Shown here: one piece after another, positions 5,576 through 14,175 of the stretch
Layout of the letters: the number at the start of each line of letters is the position of its first letter
Position numbering within the stretch: position 1 is the first letter of the stretch
Origin: Pseudomonadota bacterium
GTDB taxonomy: Bacteria; Bdellovibrionota_G; JALEGL01; DATDPG01
Direction: 5' to 3'
Assembly: GCA_043804515.1 (NCBI GenBank)
Contig: JAZDIZ010000065.1
Coordinates: 1-14,175, forward strand
DNA: 14,175 nt
Notes under the pieces: model-generated
What the model was told of the DNA's origin: nothing
Database searches by the model: none
Seen by the model: only the letters and a program-made list of their open reading frames with translations
Position numbers and translations under genes: made by a program

Positions 5576-8190
5576 CGAAGGAAGTCTTCGAAAAGGTTTA
5601 CAACTCCGGAGAGGTGGAAACGCGCTGGTACGCGGCCTGGGAAAAGGCCGGCCATTTCCACGTTTCGAACGAAGACCCCCGGGAGCCCTTCACGATCGTG
5701 ATCCCGCCTCCGAACGTCACCGGATCGCTCCATATCGGCCACGCCCTCGACAACACGCTGCAAGACATCCTCGTGCGCTTCAAGAGGATGGACGGGTTTG
5801 CCACGCTCTGGCTGCCCGGGACGGATCACGCGGGGATCGCCACACAGAACGTCGTGGAGCGCGAGCTGGAGAAAGAGGGAATCGACCGGCACAAGCTGGG
5901 GCGTGAAAAGTTCGTGGAGCGCGTCTGGCAATGGAAACGGGAATCCGGCGGGAAGATCGTGTTTCAACTCCGGCGCCTCGGAGCCTCCTGCGATTGGGCG
6001 CGTGAGCGCTTCACGCTGGACGAAGGGCTCTCGAAGGCCGTCCGGACCGTCTTCGTCACGCTCTACAACGAGGGCCTTATTTATCGGTCGAGTTACTTGA
6101 TCAGTTGGTGCCCGCGTTGCCACACGGCGCTTTCGGATCTGGAGGTCGATCACGTCGATCTGAACGGGGCGCTGACGTATTTTCATTACGAGACGACCGA
6201 CGGGCGGCGGGTCACGATGGCCACCACGCGGCCCGAGACGATGCTTGGCGATACGGCCATTGCGGTTCATCCGGATGATCCGCGGTTCCGGGATCTGATC
6301 GGAGCCACGATCCGGCACCCGTTCGTAGATCGGACGTTTCCGGTGGTCGCGGACGAGATGGTGGACCGCAAGTTCGGAACCGGCGCCGTGAAAGTGACGC
6401 CGGCCCACGATCCCAACGACTACGAACTCGGAAAGAAACACAAACTCGAATTCATCACGATCCTGGACGAGGCGGCCAGGATGAATTCCGAGGCAGGCCC
6501 GTACCGGGGGATGGACCGGTTCGAGGCCCGCAAGAAGGTCGTCTCGGATCTGAAAGCCCGGGGGCTTTTCGAAAAGACCGAACCCCATCGCCACGCGGTC
6601 GGGCACTGCCAGCGCTGCAAAACGATCGTGGAGCCGCGGATTTCGGAGCAATGGTTCGTCAAGATCGCGCCGCTCGCAAAGCCGGCCATGGAGGCCGTGC
6701 GCACCGGCCACACGACGTTCATTCCGGAAAACTGGACCAAGGTCTACCTGGATTGGATGGAAAACATCCGGGATTGGTGCATCTCCCGGCAACTCTGGTG
6801 GGGGCACCAGATTCCCGTCTGGTACTGTTCCGATTGCTCCGAGAAGACCGTCGCCGTGGAAACGCCTTCCGCTTGTCGGGCGTGCGGGTCGAAAACGATC
6901 ACACAGGACCCGGACGTTCTGGACACGTGGTTTTCGTCGGCTCTTTGGCCCTTCTCCACGCTCGGATGGCCCGAGAAAACAAAGGATCTTGGGAAGTTCT
7001 ATCCGACGTCCGTCCTCGTCACGAGCTTCGACATCATCTTCTTCTGGGTGGCCCGGATGATGATGATGGGCTGCAAGTTCATGAACGACGTCCCCTTCCA
7101 CCTCGTGCACATCCACGCCCTGGTGCGCGACGAAAAGGGGCAGAAGATGTCCAAGTCGAAGGGAAACGTGATCGACCCCCTCCAGGTCATGGAAAAGTAC
7201 GGGACGGATGCCGTCCGGTTCGCCCTGTGCTCGTTCGCGATCCAAGGGCGGGATATCCCGGTTTCGGAAAAGCGGATCGAGGGATACCGCAATTTCGTGA
7301 ACAAGCTCTGGAACGCGGCTCGCCTGGTGTCGACGCTGGTGGAATCCGAGGGGCCCGCCGCCTCCGAGCCGGAATCCGACACACTGGCCGACCGCTGGAT
7401 CCGGACCCGGCTGAACGAGGTGATTGCCTCCGTCCGCAACGCGATCGAGGCGATGAATTTCAACGTGGCGGCCGACCAACTCTACCACTTCATCTGGCAT
7501 GAATTCTGCGACTGGTATCTGGAGATCGTGAAACAGCCCGGCACCGACCGGGCCACGCTTCTCTACGTTTTGGACCGGATTCTCCGCCTCGTGCATCCGG
7601 TGATGCCGTTCATCACGGAGGAGATCTGGCAACGTCTTCCATTTGATCGGAAAACGCCCTCGATCATGCTGGCCTCCTATCCGGCGGACGATGGGTTCAG
7701 GTCCGATGAGGCGATGGGCTCCTTCAGCCTGATCCAGAGAGCCGTCGAAGGGCTTAGGAACGTCCGGTCCGAAAACCGGATCGCCCCCAGCCGCAAGCTC
7801 AAGGCCATGGCTCGTATTGCCCACGGCGACCGGCGCGTGCTGGAAGCGCTGAAGCTCCACGAGGGGCTGATCCGGACTCTGGCCGGACTTTCCGGACTGG
7901 AGTTCGACCCAAGAGCCGCTCCGAAACAGGCTGCGCTCGCCATCGTGGAGAATGTGGAACTACTGATGCCTCTGGAAGGTCTCGTGGATATCGCGGTGGA
8001 GGTCGACCGACTCAAGAAGGAGCGGATGAAAGCCGAAAAGGATTGCGAATTCCTGGAACGGCGGCTGGCCGACGGGAAATACCGGGCCAACGCTCCCGCG
8101 GAATTGGTTGCCAAGGACGAGGGAAAACTCAACGAAGTCCGTTCCCGCGTGGAGAAAATCGACCGTTCACTCAAGTTGCTCGGGGCCTGA
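5572..8190 (+). CDS. valS: Valine--tRNA ligase
   Basis: Motifs PPPNVTGSLHIGH, GTDHAGIATQ, TTRPETMLGD, GTGAVKVTPAHD, DWCISRQLWWGH and KMSKSKGN, plus a C-terminal coiled coil. GTG start at 5572 overlaps the romR stop (GTGA). 872 aa. Confidence 0.98.
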   Translation: MTKEVFEKVYNSGEVETRWYAAWEKAGHFHVSNEDPREPFTIVIPPPNVTGSLHIGHALDNTLQDILVRFKRMDGFATLWLPGTDHAGIATQNVVERELEKEGIDRHKLGREKFVERVWQWKRESGGKIVFQLRRLGASCDWARERFTLDEGLSKAVRTVFVTLYNEGLIYRSSYLISWCPRCHTALSDLEVDHVDLNGALTYFHYETTDGRRVTMATTRPETMLGDTAIAVHPDDPRFRDLIGATIRHPFVDRTFPVVADEMVDRKFGTGAVKVTPAHDPNDYELGKKHKLEFITILDEAARMNSEAGPYRGMDRFEARKKVVSDLKARGLFEKTEPHRHAVGHCQRCKTIVEPRISEQWFVKIAPLAKPAMEAVRTGHTTFIPENWTKVYLDWMENIRDWCISRQLWWGHQIPVWYCSDCSEKTVAVETPSACRACGSKTITQDPDVLDTWFSSALWPFSTLGWPEKTKDLGKFYPTSVLVTSFDIIFFWVARMMMMGCKFMNDVPFHLVHIHALVRDEKGQKMSKSKGNVIDPLQVMEKYGTDAVRFALCSFAIQGRDIPVSEKRIEGYRNFVNKLWNAARLVSTLVESEGPAASEPESDTLADRWIRTRLNEVIASVRNAIEAMNFNVAADQLYHFIWHEFCDWYLEIVKQPGTDRATLLYVLDRILRLVHPVMPFITEEIWQRLPFDRKTPSIMLASYPADDGFRSDEAMGSFSLIQRAVEGLRNVRSENRIAPSRKLKAMARIAHGDRRVLEALKLHEGLIRTLAGLSGLEFDPRAAPKQAALAIVENVELLMPLEGLVDIAVEVDRLKKERMKAEKDCEFLERRLADGKYRANAPAELVAKDEGKLNEVRSRVEKIDRSLKLLGA

Positions 8191-8973
8191 ATGTTCCCCC
8201 CCCCGGCCCAAATAGAGATTCCGGGCCTGAAGACAAAAACACTCGGCCACCCGATCCTTCATGTGGAGGAAACGGAATCCACGCAGAATCTCCTTCGAGA
8301 GCTTTTCAAGAACGGAGCACGCGAAGGGACGCTCGTCTTGGCCGACCGGCAAACCCGCGGCCGCGGCCGCCTCGGCCGTTCATGGTCCACGATCCCGGGA
8401 CTCCAGATCCTTGCATCCGTTCTCCTCGTGCCGAACGTCCCGCCGGCGCACCTTCCGTTCTTGAGCCTTGCGGCGGGTCTGGCTGTGGCTGAGGCCCTCG
8501 AATTTCTGGGCGTGCCCGGCACCGGCCTCAAGTGGCCCAATGACGTAATGGTGGGCGGACGGAAAATCTGCGGGCTCCTGGCGGAAGTGGTTTTTCAACC
8601 CGGACCTGCGGCGGTTCTTCTCGGGATGGGCCTGAACGTGGAAGGAACGGCCGAAGAACTTCCGGTTGAATTGCGCGAGACCGCAGTGACCGTTCAGATG
8701 TGCATGCCCTCCCCTTGCGACCACGTCAGGATCCTTTCGCTTGTCCTGGAGGCTTTGGAGGCCCGACTCGATCACTTCCAGAGAGGCGACACCGAGCGCC
8801 TTCGCCTGGATTATGAAAAACGTTGGATCCAACGCGGCCGGACAGTGAACGTGGATACCGGCTCCGATCGAATCACCGGGACGGCTGAAGGGATTGGAGC
8901 GGATGGTTCGCTGCTCGTTCGAGATTCGGCGGGGATGGAGCGCCGAATCTCCGCCGGAGATGTCTCAGTCTGA
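8191..8973 (+). CDS. birA: Biotin--[acetyl-CoA-carboxylase] ligase, monofunctional (no N-terminal HTH)
   Basis: 260 aa. Motifs ESTQ, QTRGRGRLGRSW, LKWPNDV and KICGLL, plus a C-terminal SH3-like domain ending ISAGDV. Abuts the valS stop. Confidence 0.94.
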   Translation: MFPPPAQIEIPGLKTKTLGHPILHVEETESTQNLLRELFKNGAREGTLVLADRQTRGRGRLGRSWSTIPGLQILASVLLVPNVPPAHLPFLSLAAGLAVAEALEFLGVPGTGLKWPNDVMVGGRKICGLLAEVVFQPGPAAVLLGMGLNVEGTAEELPVELRETAVTVQMCMPSPCDHVRILSLVLEALEARLDHFQRGDTERLRLDYEKRWIQRGRTVNVDTGSDRITGTAEGIGADGSLLVRDSAGMERRISAGDVSV

Positions 8974-9870
8974 ATTCTTGGGCGGCCAAAGGAGTGAGGC
9001 CGCAATCGACGCCGCCAACACGGCCACGATAAATCCCAAAGATGCGCCGATCGGGACCTCGACGAAGCGGGAGAGAAGCATTTTGAGCCCCACGAACCCC
9101 AGGATCACCGAGAGGCCGACATTCAGGCGGTGGAACGCCTGTAGGGCGCCCGAGAGAGCGAAGAACATCGATCGGAGACCCAGAATCGCGAACATGTTGG
9201 ACGTGTACGCTATGAAGGGATCCCGCGTAATGGCGAACACGGCGGGGATCGAATCAATGGCGAACACGACGTCCATGGTCTCGACGGCCACCAGGACCAC
9301 GAGCAAGGACGTCCCGTAGGTCCTCCCGCCGTCTCGAACCAAAAGGCGTCCGCTTTCGTCCCCCTCCTTCAGCGGCAGGAACTTTCGCATGATCCTAAGA
9401 ACGGGATTTCGCTCGGGCTCCACCTTTTTCTCTCTCTCTCGGAGAAGCTTGAACGCCGTAACGAGGAGCAGAGCGCCGAAGATATAGAGGATCCATTCGA
9501 ATCTGCGGATCAATGCGATTCCGGAAAGAATGAAGACGGAACGCATCAGAATCGCGCCCAGAATTCCCCAAAAGAGGACTTTGTGCTGGTACCGTCGCGG
9601 AACCCGGAAGTACGAGAAAAGAAGGAGAAAAACGAAAAGGTTGTCGACGCTCAGCGATAGCTCGACCAGATACCCGGCCAAAAATTGCATGCCTGGAGCG
9701 GGGCCCCTAAACGCATGAATCCCCGCACCGAACAGAAGCGCCAAGAATACCCAGACTCCCGTCCAGGCGACGGCCTCGCGAAACCGGACTTCATGGGCTT
9801 TTCGCTGGAAAAGGCCCAAATCGATCGCAAGCATGGCCAAGATGAAGACGTTGAAAAGAAGCCACCACAC
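8965..9870 (-). CDS. TerC/Alx-family integral membrane protein (metal, probably Mn, homeostasis)
   Basis: 301 aa, multi-TM. Motifs GYLVELSLSVDNLFVF, QHKVLFWGILGA and DVVFAIDSIPAVFAITRDPFIAYTSNMFAILGLRS. GGAGGT SD at 9886-9881 precedes the GTG. Confidence 0.93.
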   Translation of the reverse strand: MWWLLFNVFILAMLAIDLGLFQRKAHEVRFREAVAWTGVWVFLALLFGAGIHAFRGPAPGMQFLAGYLVELSLSVDNLFVFLLLFSYFRVPRRYQHKVLFWGILGAILMRSVFILSGIALIRRFEWILYIFGALLLVTAFKLLREREKKVEPERNPVLRIMRKFLPLKEGDESGRLLVRDGGRTYGTSLLVVLVAVETMDVVFAIDSIPAVFAITRDPFIAYTSNMFAILGLRSMFFALSGALQAFHRLNVGLSVILGFVGLKMLLSRFVEVPIGASLGFIVAVLAASIAASLLWPPKNSD

Positions 9871-9902
9871 GTGCGCCTATACCTCCGTCCCCAGCATTCC
9901 GC

Positions 9903-12317
9903 TCAGACGGCCGAGACTTTTCTCGCTTTGTCCGCCGCTTCCGCGATCGTTCCGATCCGCATCGAGTAGAACGACCGGCGCACGAACATGAGCGCTAGAA
10001 GAAAGAAAACCAACGCCAGGACGAGACTCACCGGCCGCGACATCTCGACCGCCAGCTCCACGGCCAAAAGACCGAAGAGCGTGGTGAACTTGATGATCGG
10101 GTTCATCGCCACGGAAGACGTGTCCTTGAAGGGATCCCCCACGGTGTCCCCCACGACGGTCGCGTGGTGAAGCGGCGTCCCCTTCTGCTTGAGTTCCACT
10201 TCCACCAGCTTCTTGGCGTTGTCCCAGGCGCCTCCGGCATTGGCCATGAAGATCGCCTGGTAAAGGCCGAACATGGCGATGGAGATCAAATAGCCCACGA
10301 AGAAGAAGGGTTCGAGGCAGGCGAACGCCAGCGTGATGAAGAAAACCGTCAGGAAGATGTTGATCATGCCTTTCTGGGCGTATTGCGTGCAGATCTGCAC
10401 GACCCGTTGGCTGTCCTGGACGGATGCCTTCGTGGAGGTTCCGTCGAGGCGGATCGTGGACTTGATGAAGTCCACGGCCCGGTATGCGCCGGTAGAAACG
10501 GCCTGGATCGATGCCCCCGAAAACCAGAAAATGACCGCACCGCCGGTGATGAGGCCCAGGAGAAACGGGGAATGGAGCGTGGAAAGGCGATCCACGTTCT
10601 CGGAAAGGCCTTTCGTCAGGAGAACGATGATGGAGAAAATCAACGTCGTGGCTCCGACGACGGCCGTGCCGATCAGAACGGGTTTGGCCGTGGCTTTGAA
10701 CGTGTTTCCCGCGCCGTCGTTTTCCTCCAGGAAGTCCTTGGCGTGGTCGAAATCGGGCCTGAACCCGAAGTCGCGCTGGATCTCCTCCCCGATGTTCGGA
10801 AGCTGCTCGATGACCGAGAGTTCGTAGACCGATTGTGCGTTATCCGTCACGGGGCCGTACGAATCGACGGCGATCGTGACGGGACCCATCCCGAGAAAAC
10901 CGAACGCGATGAGGCCGAAGGCGAAGACCGAAGGGGCCAGCATGAACTGGGACAGACCCGCCACGGACACGGCGTAGCCGATCGCCATGAGAGCGACGAT
11001 GACGATTCCCATCCAGAAGGCGCTGAAATAGCCCGCAGTGAGGCCCGAAAGGATGTTGAGCGACGCTCCCCCTTCCTTGCTCGCGGCCAGGACTTCGCGC
11101 ACGTGGCCGGAATTCATGGAAGTGAAAATCCGCACGAGCTCCGGAATGATGGCTCCGGCCAGCGTGCCGCATGTGATGATGGTGGAGAGTTTCCACCAGA
11201 GTGTCGGATCCGCCAGCCCCGAGATCACGAAATACGAAACGACGTACGTTACGGCGACGGAAATCAACGAGGTCAACCAGACGAGGCTGGTCAGGGGGCG
11301 CTCGAAGTCCATCTTTGGGACGTCCGAATACTTCGCTTTCGAGACCGCGGCATTTACGAGATAAGCCGTGCCGCTCGTGACGATCATCATGATCCTCATC
11401 ACGAAGAGCCATACGAGAAGCTGTACCTGGACCAGGGGGTCGTGCACGGCCAACAAAATGAAGGTGATGAGCGCGACACCTGTGACCCCGTACGTTTCGA
11501 AGCCGTCCGCGCTGGGACCCAGGGAATCGCCCGCGTTGTCCCCCACGCAGTCCGCCACAACGCCGGGGTTCCGGGCGTCGTCCTCCTTGATGTTGAAGAC
11601 GATCTTCATGAGGTCCGAACCGATATCGGCGATCTTGGTGAAGATTCCGCCCGCGATGCGGAGGGCCGCCGCGGCCAGCGACTCGCCGATGGCGAACCCG
11701 ATGAAACAGGGGCCGGCGTAATCGCCGGGGATGAAGAGAAGAATCGCGAGCATCATGATCAGCTCCACGGAGATCAGGAGCATCCCGATGCTCATCCCGG
11801 CCTTGAGCGGGATGTCGTGCGTGGGAAACGGCTTTCCTTTGAGGCTGAAGAACGCGGTGCGGGAGTTGGCGATCGTATTGATCCGGATCCCGAACCAAGC
11901 CACGCCGTAGCTCCCTAAAATGCCCACGAGGCTGAACAAGAGGATGACGATCACCCGAATGGCGTCAAAATGGCGGAGCCAGCCGAAATAAATGACGATA
12001 ATGGTTCCGATGAAGGCCTCGAGAAGAAGAATGAACTTCCCTTGCGTAATGAGGTACGTCTTGCAGCTTTGATAGATCAGGTCGGAAATTTCAGCCATCG
12101 ACCGGTGGACGGGAAGCCCTTTGAGCTTTCGGTAAATCACCAGGCCGAAAACCATGCCGGCCAGGCAAACCAGAAGTCCCCACATCAGAAAGACCCTGCC
12201 GTTCATCCCGAGGAATAAGGCCTGCGTCAGGTCCGGCGTGATCAATTGGGCTTCGCTGGCGCGCGCCGCCATCGACCAGAAAACCGGGAAGAATATGGAC
12301 AGCCACACTTTCTTCAT
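9903..12317 (-). CDS. hppA: Membrane-bound ion-pumping pyrophosphatase, divergent subfamily, predicted K+-independent
   Basis: 804 aa with many TM segments. Motifs GGIFTKIADIGSDL, EDDARNPGVVADCVGDNAGD, DSYGPVTDNA, GNTFKATAK, GGAWDNAKK and GDTVGDPFKDTS. Confidence 0.95.
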   Translation of the reverse strand: MKKVWLSIFFPVFWSMAARASEAQLITPDLTQALFLGMNGRVFLMWGLLVCLAGMVFGLVIYRKLKGLPVHRSMAEISDLIYQSCKTYLITQGKFILLLEAFIGTIIVIYFGWLRHFDAIRVIVILLFSLVGILGSYGVAWFGIRINTIANSRTAFFSLKGKPFPTHDIPLKAGMSIGMLLISVELIMMLAILLFIPGDYAGPCFIGFAIGESLAAAALRIAGGIFTKIADIGSDLMKIVFNIKEDDARNPGVVADCVGDNAGDSLGPSADGFETYGVTGVALITFILLAVHDPLVQVQLLVWLFVMRIMMIVTSGTAYLVNAAVSKAKYSDVPKMDFERPLTSLVWLTSLISVAVTYVVSYFVISGLADPTLWWKLSTIITCGTLAGAIIPELVRIFTSMNSGHVREVLAASKEGGASLNILSGLTAGYFSAFWMGIVIVALMAIGYAVSVAGLSQFMLAPSVFAFGLIAFGFLGMGPVTIAVDSYGPVTDNAQSVYELSVIEQLPNIGEEIQRDFGFRPDFDHAKDFLEENDGAGNTFKATAKPVLIGTAVVGATTLIFSIIVLLTKGLSENVDRLSTLHSPFLLGLITGGAVIFWFSGASIQAVSTGAYRAVDFIKSTIRLDGTSTKASVQDSQRVVQICTQYAQKGMINIFLTVFFITLAFACLEPFFFVGYLISIAMFGLYQAIFMANAGGAWDNAKKLVEVELKQKGTPLHHATVVGDTVGDPFKDTSSVAMNPIIKFTTLFGLLAVELAVEMSRPVSLVLALVFFLLALMFVRRSFYSMRIGTIAEAADKARKVSAV

Positions 12318-12478
12318 TCGAGCACTCTCCCTTTACCGGAAACGGTCCCGTGTAACATACCCTCCGGCAGGGCGTCGAGAAATAAGAGCCTGATTCAACT
12401 GGGTTTTCCGTTGCCATTGTCGGGGACGGATTCGATCCGGCGCCGGCGTGGGCCAGACTCGAAGAAAGGACGCCAGGT

Positions 12479-12507
12479 TTGACAACGGAGGGCACTCACC
12501 GTAATTC
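12479..12507 (+). promoter_or_regulatory. Candidate sigma70 promoter for the TPR operon
   Basis: Perfect TTGACA at 12479-12484, a 17-nt spacer, then TAATTC at 12502-12507 (imperfect -10), ending 14 nt before the ATG at 12522. Confidence 0.45.
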
Positions 12508-12521
12508 CGTAAGAGAAACCT

Positions 12522-13001
12522 ATGGTGGAAATTTTAAACGATCAACAGCGTGAAGCGGAACAGATCTGCATCCGGGGGATCGATCTGTACGACGAAAACG
12601 CCCTGACCGAAGCTCACACACTTTTCCTCAAGGCGTACGAGATGGATCCCGTGGGCGCCAAGGTGCAGTCATGGCTCGGCCTGACGACGGGTCTGGTGGA
12701 CAAGAAGGTGGCACGTGGACTGGAGCTATGCCGGAAGGCCATCGACAGCAATATTCCTGACGCCCTGTTTTATCGGAATGTCGGCAAGCTCTACCTCCTG
12801 CAAGGGAACAAACGGGCCGCGATCGGCGCGTTTTCGAAAGGCCTCCAAATCGACAAAGGTAACCGGGCGATCCTGAGCGAATGGAAGGCGCTGGGTTTTC
12901 GCCGCAGGCCCTTCTTTTCTTTCCTGGACCGGAGCCAATGGGCGAACAGGTACATGGGCAAGTTCACCTGGTGGATCGCGCACCGCAAAGATAGGTCGTA
13001 G
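12522..13001 (+). CDS. Small tetratricopeptide-repeat protein with a basic/aromatic C-terminal tail
   Basis: 159 aa. TPR patterns AHTLFLKAYEMDP, GLELCRKAIDSN and YRNVGKLYLLQGNKRAAIGAFSKGLQIDK. Tail is LGFRRRPFFSFLDRSQWANRYMGK. Confidence 0.85.
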   Translation: MVEILNDQQREAEQICIRGIDLYDENALTEAHTLFLKAYEMDPVGAKVQSWLGLTTGLVDKKVARGLELCRKAIDSNIPDALFYRNVGKLYLLQGNKRAAIGAFSKGLQIDKGNRAILSEWKALGFRRRPFFSFLDRSQWANRYMGKFTWWIAHRKDRS

Positions 13002-14125
13002 TGGGCGAAGGCGAAACCTTCAGGTTGAAGATCCCCGAGGCTTTCGTCCGGTACATCAAGCCGGATGCGCCGAAGAACGTGCGGATGATGGCGGCAACGG
13101 GGACGGTTCCGATGCCTCCGTCGATCCTGGCGGCCGTGCTGACGTATTTCCTGACCGATTCCGATTCCGAGATCCAGGCCGCGGCTAGGACGAGTCTTCT
13201 GGCCCTCCCGCCGGGTGTGATTGCGAACGTCGTAGCCGATCAGGTTCATCCGAAAACCTTGGATTTTTTCGCCCGCGAGCGGCTTCAAGAGGAGGCCGTC
13301 GTTCAAGCCATTCTCCTTAACCGGCTCACCACCGACGTCACCTTCGCGTTCCTGGCGGAACGGGTGAACGAAAAGCTGGCGACGATCGTCGTCCACAACC
13401 AGGTGCGAATGCTCCGGCTCCCCTCGATCGCCGAGGCTCTCAAGAAGAATCCAAATGCGCTGAAATCCGACGTGGACCGCGTGGTTTCGTTTCTTCGGAT
13501 CAACGGCGTTCTTCTCGACGGGGAGTCTCCGGAACTGACGCACGAGGAGATTCAGGCGATCCTCAACGCGCCCGAGCCTTCGGCTGTGGCGGAGGCGACC
13601 CAGGAAGCCGCGCTCGCCGAGGAAGCCCTGGCCTCCGTGGCGCCGGCGGAAGAGTTCCCGGAGGAGTTGATCGAGGAGGAGGAATTCGACGAGTCGCCCG
13701 ACGCCGAACGGAAGAAGGAGCACATCGGCCGCGTGATCGCGGGGATGAATGTGGCGAAGAAAGTGAAGCTGGCCCTGACGGGGAACAAGGAGGCGCGGAC
13801 GATTCTCGTCAAGGACGCCAACAAGATCGTGGCCACGAGCGTGATCAAGAGCCCCCGGATCACGGAGGCCGAGATCGCCTCGTTCGCCCAGATGCGCACA
13901 ATCTATGACGAATGCATCCGGGCGATCGCCGACGCCCCCCACTGGACGCGGAATTACAATGTCCAGTTGGCCCTGGTGAACAATCCGAAGACGCCGTTCC
14001 CTGTGGGGCTCAAGCTGATGAAGCAGCTTCATGCGTTCGATCTGGACAAATTGTCCAAGAACAAGAACGTCACCGCCCAGCTGGCGAAGCTGGCTAAAGA
14101 GCTTTTGAATCAACGGCGGAAGTAA
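13001..14125 (+). CDS. Conserved hypothetical alpha-helical repeat protein (HEAT/LRV-like), two domains joined by an acidic linker
   Basis: 374 aa with host-like codon usage. GTG overlaps the TPR gene stop (TAGTG). Repeated L/I-x-x-N/S-P-x-x motifs (ALKKNPNA, VIKSPRIT, ALVNNPKTP) and a Glu-rich linker (EELIEEEEFDE). Confidence 0.8.
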   Translation: MGEGETFRLKIPEAFVRYIKPDAPKNVRMMAATGTVPMPPSILAAVLTYFLTDSDSEIQAAARTSLLALPPGVIANVVADQVHPKTLDFFARERLQEEAVVQAILLNRLTTDVTFAFLAERVNEKLATIVVHNQVRMLRLPSIAEALKKNPNALKSDVDRVVSFLRINGVLLDGESPELTHEEIQAILNAPEPSAVAEATQEAALAEEALASVAPAEEFPEELIEEEEFDESPDAERKKEHIGRVIAGMNVAKKVKLALTGNKEARTILVKDANKIVATSVIKSPRITEAEIASFAQMRTIYDECIRAIADAPHWTRNYNVQLALVNNPKTPFPVGLKLMKQLHAFDLDKLSKNKNVTAQLAKLAKELLNQRRK

Positions 14126-14175
14126 GAACCGTGCTTATTCGAGCGCCTTGGAAAGGGCCGCCAGCGTCTCTTTGG

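Noticed and set aside
5035..7860. 941-aa ORF antisense to valS/romR
   Set aside because: Shadow ORF. GC-rich third-position codon bias depletes stops on the opposite strand, and the product has no recognisable domain.
10164..11918. 584-aa ORF antisense to hppA (likewise 12791..14113 and 2214..3053)
   Set aside because: Antisense shadows of well-supported genes, with no independent evidence.
12426..12440. CGGA-TTCGA-TCCG hairpin resembling a tRNA T-arm
   Set aside because: No acceptor, D or anticodon stems could be built around it.
14130..14175. Open frame starting GTG at the right edge
   Set aside because: Only 15 codons are visible, with no clear SD, so it cannot be supported.

Overview
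GC-rich bacterial chromosomal window. The gene set (RomR-like regulator, stand-alone PilZ, TPR and helical-repeat pair) suggests a 'deltaproteobacterial' lineage such as Myxococcota/Bdellovibrionota/Desulfobacterota; this is inference. Bases 1461-14125 are densely packed genes: a minus-strand rsmD-coaD-aspC-pilZ operon, a plus-strand romR-valS-birA operon, a minus-strand hppA (divergent membrane pyrophosphatase)-terC pair, and a plus-strand TPR plus conserved helical-repeat pair. The stand-out feature is bases 1 to about 1058. It has no credible protein. Read on the minus strand, it folds by eye into at least 10 GNRA-capped hairpins, with G-U wobbles that work only on that strand, long-range helices and a recurring 3x3 purine internal-loop module. 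It lies downstream of a candidate promoter and does not match rRNA, RNase P, tmRNA or group I/II intron signatures that I recognise. It is a candidate large (>=1 kb), modular, structured non-coding RNA whose 3' end may lie beyond the window edge. All folding was done by hand and no database search was run.
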